A stretch of 64,000 nt of DNA, from NCBI RefSeq assembly GCF_009914755.1, contig NC_060928.1. One strand, 5' to 3'. The notes beneath the pieces were generated by a model. The model did no database searches. It worked only from the letters and a program-made list of their open reading frames with translations, and had not been told where the DNA came from. The stretch's first letter is position 1. Each line of letters starts with the position of its first letter. A program made the translations under genes and the position numbers. Below, one piece after another: positions 25,100 to 38,115 of the stretch. This DNA is from the human T2T-CHM13v2.0 reference genome, Homo sapiens.

Positions 25100-25530
25100 T
25101 AGGAAAGCAATGCTAACCACTGCAACATAAGAGCCCCCCAAATACATAATTGCTCAAAGGCAACAGAAGTTCATTTCTCACCCCCATAAAGTCTAAATGA
25201 TGCTCCTCAGCAGCAGCCTGTCCTCCAGGCAGTGACTCAGGGACCCAGGCTCCTTCCATCTGGGGTGTGGCCATGCTCCTGCCTTCTGAGGTCACCATGC
25301 CCATCCAGAATTAAGAAACAAATGGATGTTTCAAAGTGCCCATCTGTATTGGTAGAGGGGAAAGAGGATGAGAATCTCAGGTGGGAGGGTTTGGGGCCCA
25401 GCCTGGAAGTAGCACATACCATTTCTGTGCATGTGACCCTGGATGGGACCAACCCAGTCTCAGGACCTAAGTTTAGTGGAGTTTAGAAAATGCTGTGGCA
25501 GCCCAGAGAAGAGAGGAGATGGGTTGGCGA
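25100..25530 (-). mobile_element. Old ERVL/MaLR LTR (LTR33-like)
   Basis: gtgactcagggacccaggctccttccatct...gcctggaagtagcacat hallmark; subfamily uncertain. Confidence 0.65.
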
Positions 25531-26194
25531 ATCCCATGTGGTCTCTTGCCAGATTTTCCCTCTGATTCTTCAGAAAAGGAAAGAGGTTCGTGGAGGGGCA
25601 CAGCAGCTTCCCGAGGCCTGGATCCTACCGGATCTGCCTGACCCTTGGTGTCTAAGCAGCTGCTTGTGACTGTGGGTATCTCTGTGGGTACATCTGAGTC
25701 GCAGTGTTGGATCTGCTGGTGGTCGTGGTTCAACTTTCTAAGCCACTGCCTTGGGCTTCAGTTTCCCCAGCTGGAGGATAAAGTGTTTGGACCAGATAAC
25801 CTCCGATTACTGGCTGGCTACCCTGCTGTACCCTTGCTGAGCTCTGCCCAGGGTGACCTGAGCTCTTGTGGGTGCATGTGTGTGTCCCAGAAGGGCTGGG
25901 CTCCAGCTGGTCAGAGAGAGAACACGCGGAGCCATGTCAGGAAAGTGGACACAATGCCATATGGAAGACACCGCTGCTCAGCCTGGATGGGTCTAGCTAG
26001 ATGTCATTTTTAAAAACATTCCTTTTTATGATTTTAATAGTAATGCACATGCATTGTGTGGATATTAAATGACGTGATACACCCTCGAAATAAACCAGGA
26101 AGTAAAAGTGTGTTAACACTGGGACACAAGCCTTTTAGTTTCCATCTGGTGCATTATGTTCAGTGCCCACTTAACATACAGACAGCAAGACCTA

Positions 26195-26270
26195 TACACA
26201 CAAACACACACACACATTCACACACACACACACACACACATACACTCACATGCTCACACACACACTCATA
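26195..26270. repeat. (CA)n microsatellite, interrupted
   Basis: Directly visible. Confidence 0.92.
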
Positions 26271-26537
26271 CGTTCACATATGGACAGATGCATGGATGCA
26301 CGTGAGTGTATTTCTATAGCTGAGATCTTATTCCGAATATAGTTCGTATCTTTTGTACAAATATAGTTTTGTAACCTGCTCTTCTTGGCGTCACTTCCCA
26401 TACGATGACAGACTTTGCATGAGCTTCCCCATGAGTGGTCCATGCCATGAGCCTGTAGTGACTGATCGAGCTGTTTCCCGGTGTTTTATATCGGTGTGGT
26501 TTCCATGTTTTAGTCCTTTAAGCAATCTTGTGGCGAA

Positions 26538-26905
26538 TGGCTTAGTCCATGTGAGCTGCTATAACAAAATATGCAGACTGCAAGGCTTAAACAACAGCCA
26601 TTTGTTTCTTAATTCTGGAGGCTGGAAGTCCAAGATCAAGGTCAGGTTCTGGTGTGGGCCTCTTCCTGGCTTGCAGATGTCTGCCTCCTCGCTGTGTCGT
26701 CTCATGGTGTAGAGAGAGAGAGAGAAAACTCTCTGGTGTCTCCTTTTATAAGGGCACTGATCCCCTTGGACCAGGGCCCTACCCTCATGACCTCATCCAA
26801 CCCTAATCACCTCCCAAAGGCCCCATCTCCAAATACCATTAAATTGGGGGTTAGGGCCTCAGCATGTGCATTCTGGGAGGCTACAAACATTCAGTCCATG
26901 AAACA
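26538..26905 (-). mobile_element. MLT1A-type solo LTR
   Basis: cttagtccat...gctgctataacaaaata...ttctggaggctggaagtccaagatcaagg...ctaatcacctcccaaaggccccatctccaaatacc...aaacattcagtcca. Confidence 0.92.
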
Positions 26906-28623
26906 GGGAACAGCTTTGGACATCAGTCCCTGCCTGATTTCTGGGCTGTTTCCTTAAACCACATCCTTAGACATGCAGTGGTTGGCGTAAGGGGTGTCAT
27001 CCGGTCCACAGCTCCTGACTTCTACAGCAAGGAGCAGGGGATTGGATCTTTGAGCTCCGGCTCGTCTCTGCCGCTCTGAACTGGAAGTGGGTGATGGAGC
27101 AGGAAGGTGCTGGTGCCCACAGCCTGTTTCCCTGGGCTTGGAGCTGCCCGGCTGGGGGCAGAGTGGAGCGCTTGTGAACACACCATTTCTCCTGGGTCCT
27201 TGGCCTAGTCTGGCTTTGGTAAGGAACAGCTGAAGAAACAGAGAGGCAGAGCAAGGCCCTGCGACGTCGAAATGGATTGTTCTCCTCTAGCAACGGTGCC
27301 TGTCAGCGGTGCTGGTACTACAGTCAGCTTAGAAACCGTGTGGCCATCACTGCAGCCTCAGCGTCAAAGCCTCGCTTGCCCCAGACTAAATGCTGGGGGA
27401 GATGAATTTGCCAGAACTCTGCCTCCCCTTGGAGCTGCATCAACTCAGGCTCCAGAGCCTGTCCTGGGGACCCACGCTGGCTAAAGGAGGCTACGGCAGA
27501 AAGCGAGGCCAGGCTGGGTTCAATGCGCCCAGCGTTGCCTTTTGAAGGTTCTGCTTAATCCATGTGTGCCAAGGAAGAACTGGGTGCAAATCTCTGCCTC
27601 CCCCACCAGCTGTGTGTCCTCCGGCAGCTCTTCTATGTTCTCTGGGCCTTGCTTTCCCCATCCATCAGTGAGAACAGAGCTCCTTCCACAGAGCATTGTT
27701 GTGAGGTCAGCACAGGCTACACTGGTGGCGATTTTCTCCTTGGCACCCTCGTCAGGCCCCAAGCCCGGGGCCTCCTTGTACATCATGGAAATGAGCAGTT
27801 GTCCTAGAGCTCACAGGCTCATGTCATCTCACAGCTGGGAGGGCCATGGACGTCAGTCACCTCATTGTGCAGATGGGGAAACTGAGGTCACGAAGAAGGG
27901 AGCGGCCTCTCGTCTCCATGATCCTGATGCCTCGGCCTAGGCTCTTGAACAATGCAGGCCCTCTGCACTTCTCCCTCAGCCCCCTGATTGAGTCTGAGCT
28001 GCGTGGTGACCCCTCAGAGGAGCTCCAGACCAGGGGCCGCAGCCCCCACCCACCCAGGGAGGAGCTGAGGCCCAGGGTGCCTGCATGCTTTACCTGGGCC
28101 ACCCAGAGAAACAGGGAGGCACCTGCTGGCCTGGCCTAGCAAGACTGTTGGGAATGTTGCCTGGGCGAGGGACAGAATGTGGGCCGAGGGTGGAAGGATG
28201 GGGAGGCCTGGCCACAGAAGGACTTGGAAGGCCAGGCTAGCTGTCAGTTCCAAAGCGGTGCAGAAGAGAATGGACGGGGGTGGGGATTTGGAGCTCTCTT
28301 GAGAGTGAACCTGTCTTGCTTCCAGAAGGTTCTTCTCATGCCTCGTGAAGTGTGTCTTGGGAAGGGAGGGAGGAGACCAAAGCAACCTGACTCCCTGTCT
28401 ATCACCCTCATCTCACGACACCCTCCTGGAACCTGCAAAGAACTTCTGTCCTCCCTGCTGTGTAGATAAGGAGCTAGAAGCCTGGAGAAGTGAGATCCAA
28501 GGTCCGGCTGCTCAAGCTGGAGAGGAATGAGGATTCGCGCCTGGGTCTGACTCCAAGGCCCTTGCGCTTCCTACCACACCACCCAGCCCCCAGGAATTAG
28601 AACTTTCTGGAAAGCTACTGGAG

Positions 28624-28695
28624 CCCCCCCCCGCCTCCCCACCTGTTCCCCGTCCCCCGTCCCCCGTCCCCCATCCCCCGTCCCCCATCCCCCAT
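28624..28695. repeat. (CCCCCRT)n 7-bp C-rich repeat
   Basis: ccccgtcccccgtcccccgtcccccatcccccgtcccccatcccccatc. Confidence 0.9.
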
Positions 28696-31247
28696 CTGAG
28701 GGCAGTGAGCCTGTGGTGCTCTGCACAGAGGCTGTAAAATTAGCAACTTAATTTTGGGTGTCAGGAAATCAGTTGAGGGGAAAATGTGTTTTCAAGGGAT
28801 TAGTTTTCTTACAAACCAGCATGATAAAAATAAAGAGAAAGGAGAGTGGCCGGGAGAAAGGACAGTTTCTAAATTTATAGCAGGGATTCATTATTCATGG
28901 GCCACATCTGAAAAGGCCAAAGCTACAGAAGGGAGCGAGGCGTGGGTGGGAAAGTCCACGGCAGAATCCAAGGCGCCTTCACCAGGCGGGAGATGACAAA
29001 ACAAAGGACCTTCCCATCCAAGAAAGTGGTGAGCGGCTGGGGACGGCACAGGGCTCCGGGCACAACTCAGCTTATCAAAGAAGCCAGAGCTGCTTCTCCA
29101 GGCGAGGCCAGGTGCCCTGTGTCAGCAACCCAGTGCCTGCGCAGAGGTTTAGCCTTCTGTGATTGCCTGGCATGTAGGAGGGCAGGATGAAGCTGGGGTG
29201 GGTGCTCTTGCGCTGACACACGTGAGCTAATTGACTCCAAACAACAGTGTTGTGGATGGATGTTGGCTATTCTGCAGAAGAGGAAACTGAGGGTCAGAGT
29301 GGCAAAGAGAGATGGCCAGGGTCAGGTGGGTGGTGGCAGTGGCCAAAGCCTCAGGCTTGAGGATCCGCATGGCGCTCTCTTCCCTGCCCCTGCCACACTC
29401 TGGTGTTGGTGCATTTAAGGGCTAAAGAGAAAGGAACGTGTCAGGAGACCCACTGCGTGCCTCTCACCATGCCTGGGCCTCCCCCGAGGAGGGTCTCATT
29501 CAGCCTTCCCCGCAGCACAGCGTGGCAGGGTTGGTGCTGTTGCCAGAGGAGGACTGGGGCTCTGGGATGGGATGTGGGAGACTTGTCCAGGGCTGAGCAG
29601 CTTCTAAATCCAAGCCCCCTCCCCAACCCACACCCAATGAAGGTTGAGGCTGTCTCTTACCCCTCCTCCTAGGAGCAGCCCAGCTCCTTGGCAGGAGATG
29701 GACCTGTGGAGATTCCTTGCCCCGTGGGGGCCCAACCAGGGGTCAGGCAAGTCACACCGCCACTCCCAAAGGAGCCCACAGTTAGGACTTCCCCAGGAGT
29801 TTGTAATTCTGGTCCCTGCTGTATGTTGAGCACCAGCTCTGTGCCTGGTCCTGCACGAGGAACCACACGTTTCACTCGCTTCATCTCCACATGACCCAGG
29901 GAGGTAGGTGCTGTCATGGTCCCCACCGCACAGGTTGGGAAACGGAGGATCCACAAGGGTGAGTGAGTTGCCCAAGGTGACTCCCTTGTGGGAGAACCAG
30001 GCCTGGACCCAGATACTGTCCCCTTTCCAGAAAATCCATGGCCTAAAATGCCGAAGGCAGAGGACCAGCAGGAGCTTTGTGGAAAAGGCCAGATAACGTG
30101 CATAGTGGAAGGAACGTTTTTAAGAAATGCGTTTCACTGAAGTGGGTGAAGAAATGCATTTCACTGGAAGTGGGTGATGGAGCAGGAAGATGCTGGTGCC
30201 CACAGCCTGTTTCCCTGGGCTTGGAGATTCATCTCCTCCAGTTTGACCAGGCCTCCGTTTCGGGACCCTCTTCCTGGATGACATCCACGCACCCACATTT
30301 CAAATGGCTGCCCTTCCACTGGGGGGCCAGGATGAGTCTGGAGTCCTGGAAAGGGAAGGATTGGGGTTCCTCCTAGTCCTCCCTTAGCCAGTGAGGTTGA
30401 GGACATCAGTGAGATGTGGACCCCTGATGGCTGTGGGCCAACCTCTCACGCCCAGGACTCAAGAGGTTCTGTGGACATGGGTGACCCAGTCCCCTGCCTT
30501 GGCTGATGTGGGGATCGCAACCCTTTGCTACGGGTAAAGGGGAGGCCCAGAGTGGGAGCACCTGCCCAGAGGCTGTGTTCCTTAAGTAACTTAAATTACA
30601 TAGAGAACAGTTTCCAGAATGTACAGGCAAGACGCCAGCAGCAAATCACTGCTGGGCGACAACACCTCTGAGTGTGGTGCAGAGCCGCTCTGCCACAAAA
30701 TTGAGACCCATGTACCAAAATCCCAACCCCTCCCTAGCTCTGGAAAGGGTGCAGAGAGCACGCCCTGCCAAGGCGGCCAGGCAGAGCTGGGTGAGGCCCC
30801 ACCTCCTAGGGACGCAGGGCCTGGGCAGCAGGGGATCAGCACAGCTGCCAGCCTCATTGCTCTAAGCCCCTGATGCCAAGATCATATGAGGAGGAAATGA
30901 AGCCACGTGGACCAAGGCTGATGCCTGGAGCAGAGGTGTCTACACCACAGAGTGCCTACTGGGTGTCAGGGCTGCCCGGGAGCTGAGAATGCCAGCATGA
31001 GCAACCCCTGGCCCTCCCTCTGCGGGTGTCCATGGGAGTGCAGTGCCATAAAGGAGAGGGACGAGTGCCCAGGGAGCCCAGAGCCCTGTCACCCCCAGCA
31101 GGGGAACATGTCAAGCTGAGCATGGAGTGGCTTCCTGGAGGGCAGCTCCAGGGCCAGTATCTTGAAGGCTGCAAGAGGGAGCCGGCTGAGGCTGGGGAAA
31201 GGGGGGCAGGGGGCAGCACCATGGAGACGGGAGGAACACGGCACAGG

Positions 31248-31422
31248 GTGCATGTGTGTGCACAATCACGTGTGCATATGTGGAGTGTGTGTCTGTGCAT
31301 GTGGAGATGGGTGTGTGTATTTGTGTCTGAGTGTGTATGAGTGGGCAAATGTAGCACGAGTATGTGCATGTGAGTGCATGTATGTGTATGCATGTGTGTG
31401 TACATGTGTCTGAGTGTGTGCA
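31248..31422. repeat. TG-rich low-complexity tract
   Basis: Directly visible. Confidence 0.88.
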
Positions 31423-32737
31423 CGTCACCCCCAGGAGTGGCATGTCTGCGGTGTGCACCACATGGGGCAGGTCGGGGGACAGTGAGACGAAGCCGGACTC
31501 TGGAGGACATGGGAGCCTAACTCAGGAGGGAGTGTGATGCTGGAGGCCATGGGGAGCTATGGAAGGTGCTTGAGCAGGGAAGGGCACAGACTTGTTCTTT
31601 CCCAAGGACCCTGTGGGAGTTGCATGCAGGAGAGGTTCCAGGGATGCCACTGCAGGGGCACCAGTGAGGAAGTGGGCCCAGAGGTGGGGGCCTGGTCAGG
31701 GGAGATGGCGTGGGGCGGACTGAAAAGGATAGTTTTGAGAGGAGGATCGCAGGTGGTACCTGGAACTCGACACTGGCTGGCGGGTGGGGGCCGGCATGGG
31801 AGACAGGCCATGGGGCTGGGCTCTGTTCTCCAAGATGGAGAACCACACAGGGACACTGGCCATCCCCCCTCATTTTGCCCCAGCTGAGCCATGCCCCGGG
31901 AGACCCTTCCTGGAAAGATCCTCTCGTCTGCCTTCCTCGCTCCTCAAACGCTGGCATCTGGAGAGAAACCCCACAAGTCATTAAATCACTGCTTGGCAAG
32001 GTTCGTGCTGTGGTGATGCTGAGAGCAAACAATCGGGGACCGAGCCGGCACAGGTGGGTGGACCCCCTCCCAGGCAGCGCGCAGTGGAGAAGGGCCGTGA
32101 GGAGGAGGGTGCTGGGTGTGTCAGGTCCCAGGGGAGGCAGGCGGCTGGGGAGCCAGCTGTCCTCCTTGGAATCCTGGTTTCTAGGCCGCATCAGTCCATT
32201 CACTGGGCATTCGTGTGTCTGCTGTGCACCCAGCACCGTGGGGACCCAGCTGCGGCCCCAGATGGACACAAGCTCTGACCTCACGGGCTTTCTTTCCGGC
32301 TTCTGGCACCCCCATCCTGCCTGTAACCCACTCACCATCACCCGGAGCACACCCCTGCCCGGTGGTACGTCCAGCTCCCACCTATCATCTCCCTCCACTC
32401 TCGGTCCCCTGCACGAGCTGCCCAGCCTGCCCGTGGAGCCCCCGGGAGTGTGGGAGGTCACGCCTGGAGGAGCCCCGAGCAGTGGTGGGCAGGATAAGGT
32501 GGATCAATACTCGCCTTCCTTACTCCAGGCATGCTCTGTGCCGGCTCTTGGAGGTCCCTGGCAGCGCCAAACCCTCTGCCTGCATTGAGGACCTCCTGCA
32601 AACAGGCCCTGGAATGGGGGCTTCCCTCCTCTGTCCTAATGTCCTGCTTTTCTGTGGGTGCTACCCACACTGAAGGCCTCATCTGCTTCTGGGTGGTCTG
32701 GGCCTCAGATCTGAGGAGATAGCCAGTATTCAAGTTA

Positions 32738-32884
32738 AGAAATAACCACAGAGGATGTCAGTGTGCCGGCTGGAGAAATAACCACAGAAAGCACCAGTGT
32801 GCCGGCTGGAGAAATAACCACAGAAAGCACCAGTGTGCCGGCTGGAGAAATAACCACAGAGAGCACCAGTGTGCCGGCTGGAGA
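32738..32884. repeat. 36-bp minisatellite, 4 copies
   Basis: Unit gaaataaccacagaaagcaccagtgtgccggctgga. Confidence 0.96.
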
Positions 32885-35624
32885 CTGTGGGTGTGATAGA
32901 GAGGAACCGGCTTTTACATCGCACGTCGTCCAAGAGGACCTCTCTGAGCTGAGGCTGTAACTCAGGGAGGCCCTGGCTGCTGGAGGGCGGTAACGAGTGG
33001 GAGCCTCAGCGACCTCCATGTACCCCTGAGGGTTGCAAGTTGCCTCTCACCTCGATGCTGGGAGCCAGCCTGCGGGCAGCCCCCGCAGAATGAAACCCAG
33101 GACAGAGCCCCAGGCTCCACCAGCCCCGACTCCTGTGATTCTGCCGGGAGGTTTGGCCTTCCCAGGGAGCTCGGCTCAAGCCACCGTGGATCCAGCTCCA
33201 CCCCACGTGCCCTCTGAGCCGCTACAGCTGTAGCATCTCGCACAGGTGATTTCATCTTGGGACCGTGAGCCCTGGAAAAAGCACCTATGTTTTTCTCAGG
33301 GTGCTGACCTGTGAAGGCGCGGGTGAGACGAATCTTGCCCTACCCCACCAACTGCCTCAGCACTCCCTGTTTGGACACTGTCCCCATCCCTGCAGTGTCC
33401 GCCCCACAGCCCTGCTCCCGTCACCCGCTCGGTCCCACGCCCTCGTGGGCCAGTAAAGCCCAATGCTCTTTACAAAGAACCTTGCTCTGTTCTTGGTTCC
33501 TTGGTTGCAATCAATCCTGAGCTTTTTATTGTTCTTTCTTGGAGTGAAAAACAGAAGCAGCACACATCCGTGATGACGTTACCAGACATTTGTGCTGATC
33601 CAGTCCCCTTTCAAGTCAGTAGGGCTCCTTACTGTAGGACACGGTGCCATGAGCTCCCAGGGGGCAGGATTTACGTGTTTTGATGATCCAGTTCCAGGGC
33701 GAAGGCACCAGGGCTGGCGCTGGTAACAGAATGGGCCTCCCTCAGCCTCCTGGCTTAGCACTTTGCTTCATGCCAAATACATCAAACTGAACCCTGGCAA
33801 GGCAGAGGCTTCTCGCACCCGGTCTTCCTGTGTACAAGGCAGGACGTTCAAGATGCTGCTGTTGCTGCCCTTTGCGTTGGTCTCATTGTCCCTGTGTGTC
33901 TGGAGACTGAAGGAATCGGCAGGTGTATTTTTCCTTCTCCTGCTCTCTCTTTTTAAAATGTGTCTCGACCAGGGAAATCTTTCCCCACTAAGACACAATT
34001 AAGTTTCCTGAATTAATTATGTACCTGACAGCAGGATTAGTGATTTTCTTAATTTCTACTGTAATTACATTGGAAGAACAGTCACCCCTGATCTCTCTGG
34101 AAGGAGGGCTCCCACAACGAGCACAGCTTCTGAGGCATCTGCAGTGGAGCTCCTGATCTGCAGACTTGTGGGCGCACTCCCGGCTTCTGTGGACGCTGAA
34201 TGGGTCGTGGTCCCGCCCCTACAGTGCAGTCCTTCTCTGTTCAACCAAGGCTTCCTGAGCGCCAGTCACATGTGCCCAGGCAGGGAGGGGAGGGCGTTTC
34301 TGTCACAGGGACACCCTGGAGTGGCTGGGGTGGTTGTCTCATTTCATGGCTGGGGCCATCAGAAGGGAGGAGGTGGCCTCTAGACGGCCTCTGGTGCTCA
34401 AGATCTACTTGTCCATTAAAACAAGGAATGTGCCCCGTGAGAGCCGGAGGGAGGGAAGAAGTCCTTGGAAGCCAGCACGAGGCTTCGCCAGGCTCAGCAC
34501 CACTGTCTGAGGATGACATCTCCCTGGTGGGGGAAGAGGATTCTGTGGTCATAGTGGTCCCCATGGGGCTGATTGATGATTCTTCACCTTGGGCTGGGCA
34601 GTGATCTCTGTTCTCAAGGGGATAATTTGTGTGAATGCGAAGGAAAGCCATCAAAAGGTGGAGATGGGGACATTCAAGGGTCTGGTCAGAGCGGCTACTA
34701 CCATTTATAAATAGGAGCTGTGTGGACATGGCTGGTCTGACTGTGGGCCTCATCCCCAGCCGCCTTTGTTGCTCCTCCTCTTGATGTCCTGGCTCCCTTG
34801 ATCACCTTGTCCCTTCCCATAACTCCCACTTCCCGTCTGTCTGGGACAGGAGTACACGTGAGATGCAGAGAACGGGCGTGACTTGCTTAAGGCCATGTGG
34901 ACAGAAGCTGCAAGGTTCCAATCTAAAGCCAGGTCTCACGACGCTCCATCTGCCAACATGACCTCTGTGCTCAGAGACCACTGTGCGGGGAGCAGGGAAG
35001 CCGGCCTTGCCCCCACGGCATGCCCACTTCCACGCTGCACACCAGATTCATTTCTTCCGCTGTGGCGACTGAGGGAGAGGAGAATATTATAAAACTGTTA
35101 GGGTGTCAGTGACCCAGGGAAAGTGGGGCTGATTTAAATGCTATTTCACTTTAAGAATCTGTCTACTCCTTTATTTCTTGGTGCATTTATTGGACAAGTT
35201 CCACCCGATTTCACGTTTTAAAATTAACCAGCCGAGCAGAGAGGCCCTGCCAGCGGTAGCATCCTGCCTCCGGGAGCACAGGTGCACAGGGGCTGGGGAA
35301 TATATCTGGGGAATATATATCAGAGGCCTAAAATATATCCATCTGTATGTGTATATATGTGTCATCTTTCCAGAAGCCCCAAACATGGAAAATTCTCCTT
35401 CATAGGGCTTTCAAAATCTGAACTCAAAAGGGGAAAAAGCCACACATATATATGTCACCCACACTCACGGCCCTGGAGTTCCTGGCCTAGTTAAAGAAAG
35501 TGGTGAGGCTGCCGAGTTAGAAATGAGTAACAGAGTTGTCTGTAAAAAGTTTGTCTCCCAGAAGTTTGAGGTTGGCAGTGACTTTGACTCACGTCTGCTA
35601 CACACAGTCTTCAGCTGCAACCAC

Positions 35625-35915
35625 ATGGAGATGAGCTAGAGACCGAGATGGAGATAGAGACATAGAGAGACAGAGACGGAGACATAGAGGGGCAGAGACA
35701 TAGAGAGACAGAGATGGAGACAGAGAGAGACAGAGGTAGAGATGGTGCAGGAGCTGGAGATCTCTATGCAGACGGAGACCCAGATACACCTGCAGAAACA
35801 GTAACAGCTGGAGAGGGTATACCCAGGATGCAGGGAGAGGCACAGGTGCAGATGGAGGTGGGGGTGCAGATGGATGGAGACACAGCTAGAAACAGACATG
35901 CAGATGCTGATGCAG
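35625..35915. repeat. GA-rich hexamer (GAGAYR)n low-complexity repeat
   Basis: Directly visible. Confidence 0.85.
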
Positions 35916-36674
35916 ATTGATGGGCCGTGTGCTCCCCAGAGGCTAATGCAGGCCCAGAATGATGTTCCTGCAACGTGTATGGAACAAAGGAGACCGCTGG
36001 CCCCTGGCTTGCTGGCTATCACATTTCAATCTTTCTCGTTGCAAACTTCACCAAGAACCACAGGCTAGATGCCAAGCGTAAGCAGCCTCTGGGTTGGCAG
36101 CGTCGGGGGGCTGAGGTTTTGGTGCCCTAGAGGAGAAGAGCTTTCCTCTGCCAGCCCCTCTCTGTCGGACTTGGTCTCTAGGTAACCTGCTCCCCTGCTA
36201 CTCCACCCGGAGAGCAGGCCTGGAGCAGAGGAGGAGCTTGTGCTTTCCCACCCCTGACCTCAAACCCTTACAGGCCTCACCCTGGTCACTCACTGCAGCC
36301 TGGGTGCCAGGGGTAGGGCAGGGGCCTCTGTCGCAGCTCACAGCTGCGCTCTCAGAAGCTCCTTGCTCAGGGACCCTTGGGAATCACACACCGGGATCCT
36401 CACTCCCAGCTCAAGCCCTTTTCTCCTGTGCGTACAATTGAAACGGACATCTGGCGGCCATCACTGTAATTCAAACTCAAATGCCTTTGCCTGGAGAACC
36501 AGGAGTGTGGAATTCAGAGGATCTGGGTGGTTTTGGTGTTCAGCTCAGCACCCCCAGAGCTCCTGTGACTTTGTAGAGCCCGAGAGTGGGGGAAGTGGAG
36601 AGACACGAAGTCCCTGCTGGGTGCTGGGCACTGCACTGGGCCCTCGGATGCAGAGCAATTCATTTCTTCTTAGT

Positions 36675-36825
36675 AAGAATCCTTAAATCCTGCTCATTTT
36701 ATGAGCTAGGAAACCAAACTCAGAGAGGTGAAGTGGTGCCAGTGTCACTCAGTTCGCCCATGGCTGTGGTGGGATTTGAACCCACATCCATCTGGCTCTG
36801 GACCCCAGGGCTGGCTTCCCAGCCA
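36675..36825 (-). mobile_element. MIR fragment
   Basis: ctcattttatgagctaggaaaccaaactcagagaggtgaagtg...gggatttgaacccacatccatctggctc. Confidence 0.75.
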
Positions 36826-36929
36826 TGTGGCCTGGGTGGTTGGTCACACAGAGCCACATTTAGGAGGGCTCTGAGCTTGTTAAATGCTATATGCTGTCGC
36901 TATCACGAGTAGTAAGTACAAACCAGGAA

Positions 36930-36992
36930 GCTTGAACACGGGGACCGCATTTTCATTTTGTCTTGGGCCTCACAAATGACATACCCAGTCCT
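36930..36992. mobile_element. MER45A-like hAT-Tip100 terminal fragment
   Basis: ttgaacacggggaccgcattttcattttgtcttgggcctcacaaatgacatacccagtcctg. Confidence 0.65.
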
Positions 36993-37934
36993 GCCTGAAC
37001 CATGGTATGTCTGCCACAATTTAGTGCCTTCCTGCTCTGGTCTAGCTGGGACCCGACTGTTGGGGGCCACAAAAGGTCCATGGTGAGCAGAGAAGCTCGG
37101 GAGCCGTCTGATGGCCGTAGGCGCTGATGCCCCCCGGCCACCTGTCATGCATGATGCTTCTTGAACTGGAAAAAGTCCACCTCTGAGCCAGGGGACCGAA
37201 CCCTCCACCTCCTCCTGGTAAACCAAAGTCAATAGGGGTGAAAAGGATGGAAACCTGGAGCGCCGGGAGGGATGGGGAGCAGGACTGTGCAGCCCATGGT
37301 GGAACGGGTGAGTCAAATGTGCTAAGAAAGCCCGATATCATGGAGCCCTCCAGGGCGGGATGGGTGATGAGGCTAGCGTTGTGGCTTCTGAATTTTAAAA
37401 TAAGCTTGGACAGCATCCGTGGAAAATGCTTCGTGATGGGAAAGGGGTGCGGATGTGGTATAGGGAGATCCAGTGGGGCAGCTGGGGCTTCCACGGAGGG
37501 ACATAGGTGGCCGGCGGGGAGCCAGGCACGGGGCTGGGGGCTGTTCTCAGAAGGTCTCACTGAATTGTCTCACTGACCCCGAGAACAGCTCAGGAGAGCT
37601 CCGTGTGCACAGAGACACCTCAGTCCCCGCATCAGGAGATGGGACCACCCCTGAGATGGGAGGATGGCTCCAGCTCACAGGCATGGAAGTTGAGCCCAGA
37701 GACATCTGGGGGTCCCCCAGTGAGTCTGGGTGGCATTGGAGCCCTCTCACTGTCTCTCCTTTCTGCATAATAGTGATATTGATGCCCTCCTCATGGGTGT
37801 TCTGGAGACAGAGAAGTCACATGTACAAAGCAGTGCACACCCAGGGCCTGGCACGGAGAGGGTACTCAGATACCCCCGAGAGCCTGGCTCTGCCAGCGGG
37901 AACACGAGGACGCAGCAGCAAGGCCCCAGAGCTG

Positions 37935-38115
37935 GGCAGCGCCAGTGAGAAGCCTGGCCCTTCCTCTTCCTGACTCTGTGACCTTCGAGAGTGATGAACT
38001 CCATGAGCCTCAGTTTTCCCGTAGGACGAATGGGGATAATTGTCGCGGGGCCCTCATAGAGCTGGAGTGAAGATTCAGTGGCAGTCGATGGACAAAACTG
38101 AGAATCAGGCCTGGT
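37935..38115 (+). mobile_element. MIR fragment
   Basis: ctgtgaccttcg...tgagcctcagttttccc...aatggggataat...ctcataga. Confidence 0.72.

Noticed and set aside
31517-32588. Overlapping 314-aa (-) and 292-aa (+) ORFs
   Set aside because: GC-rich stop-poor sequence, non-ATG starts, no homology recognised.
32763-32960. Mucin-like PAGEITTESTSV repeat ORF
   Set aside because: Product of the 36-bp repeat being a multiple of 3; GTG start, no supported exon structure.
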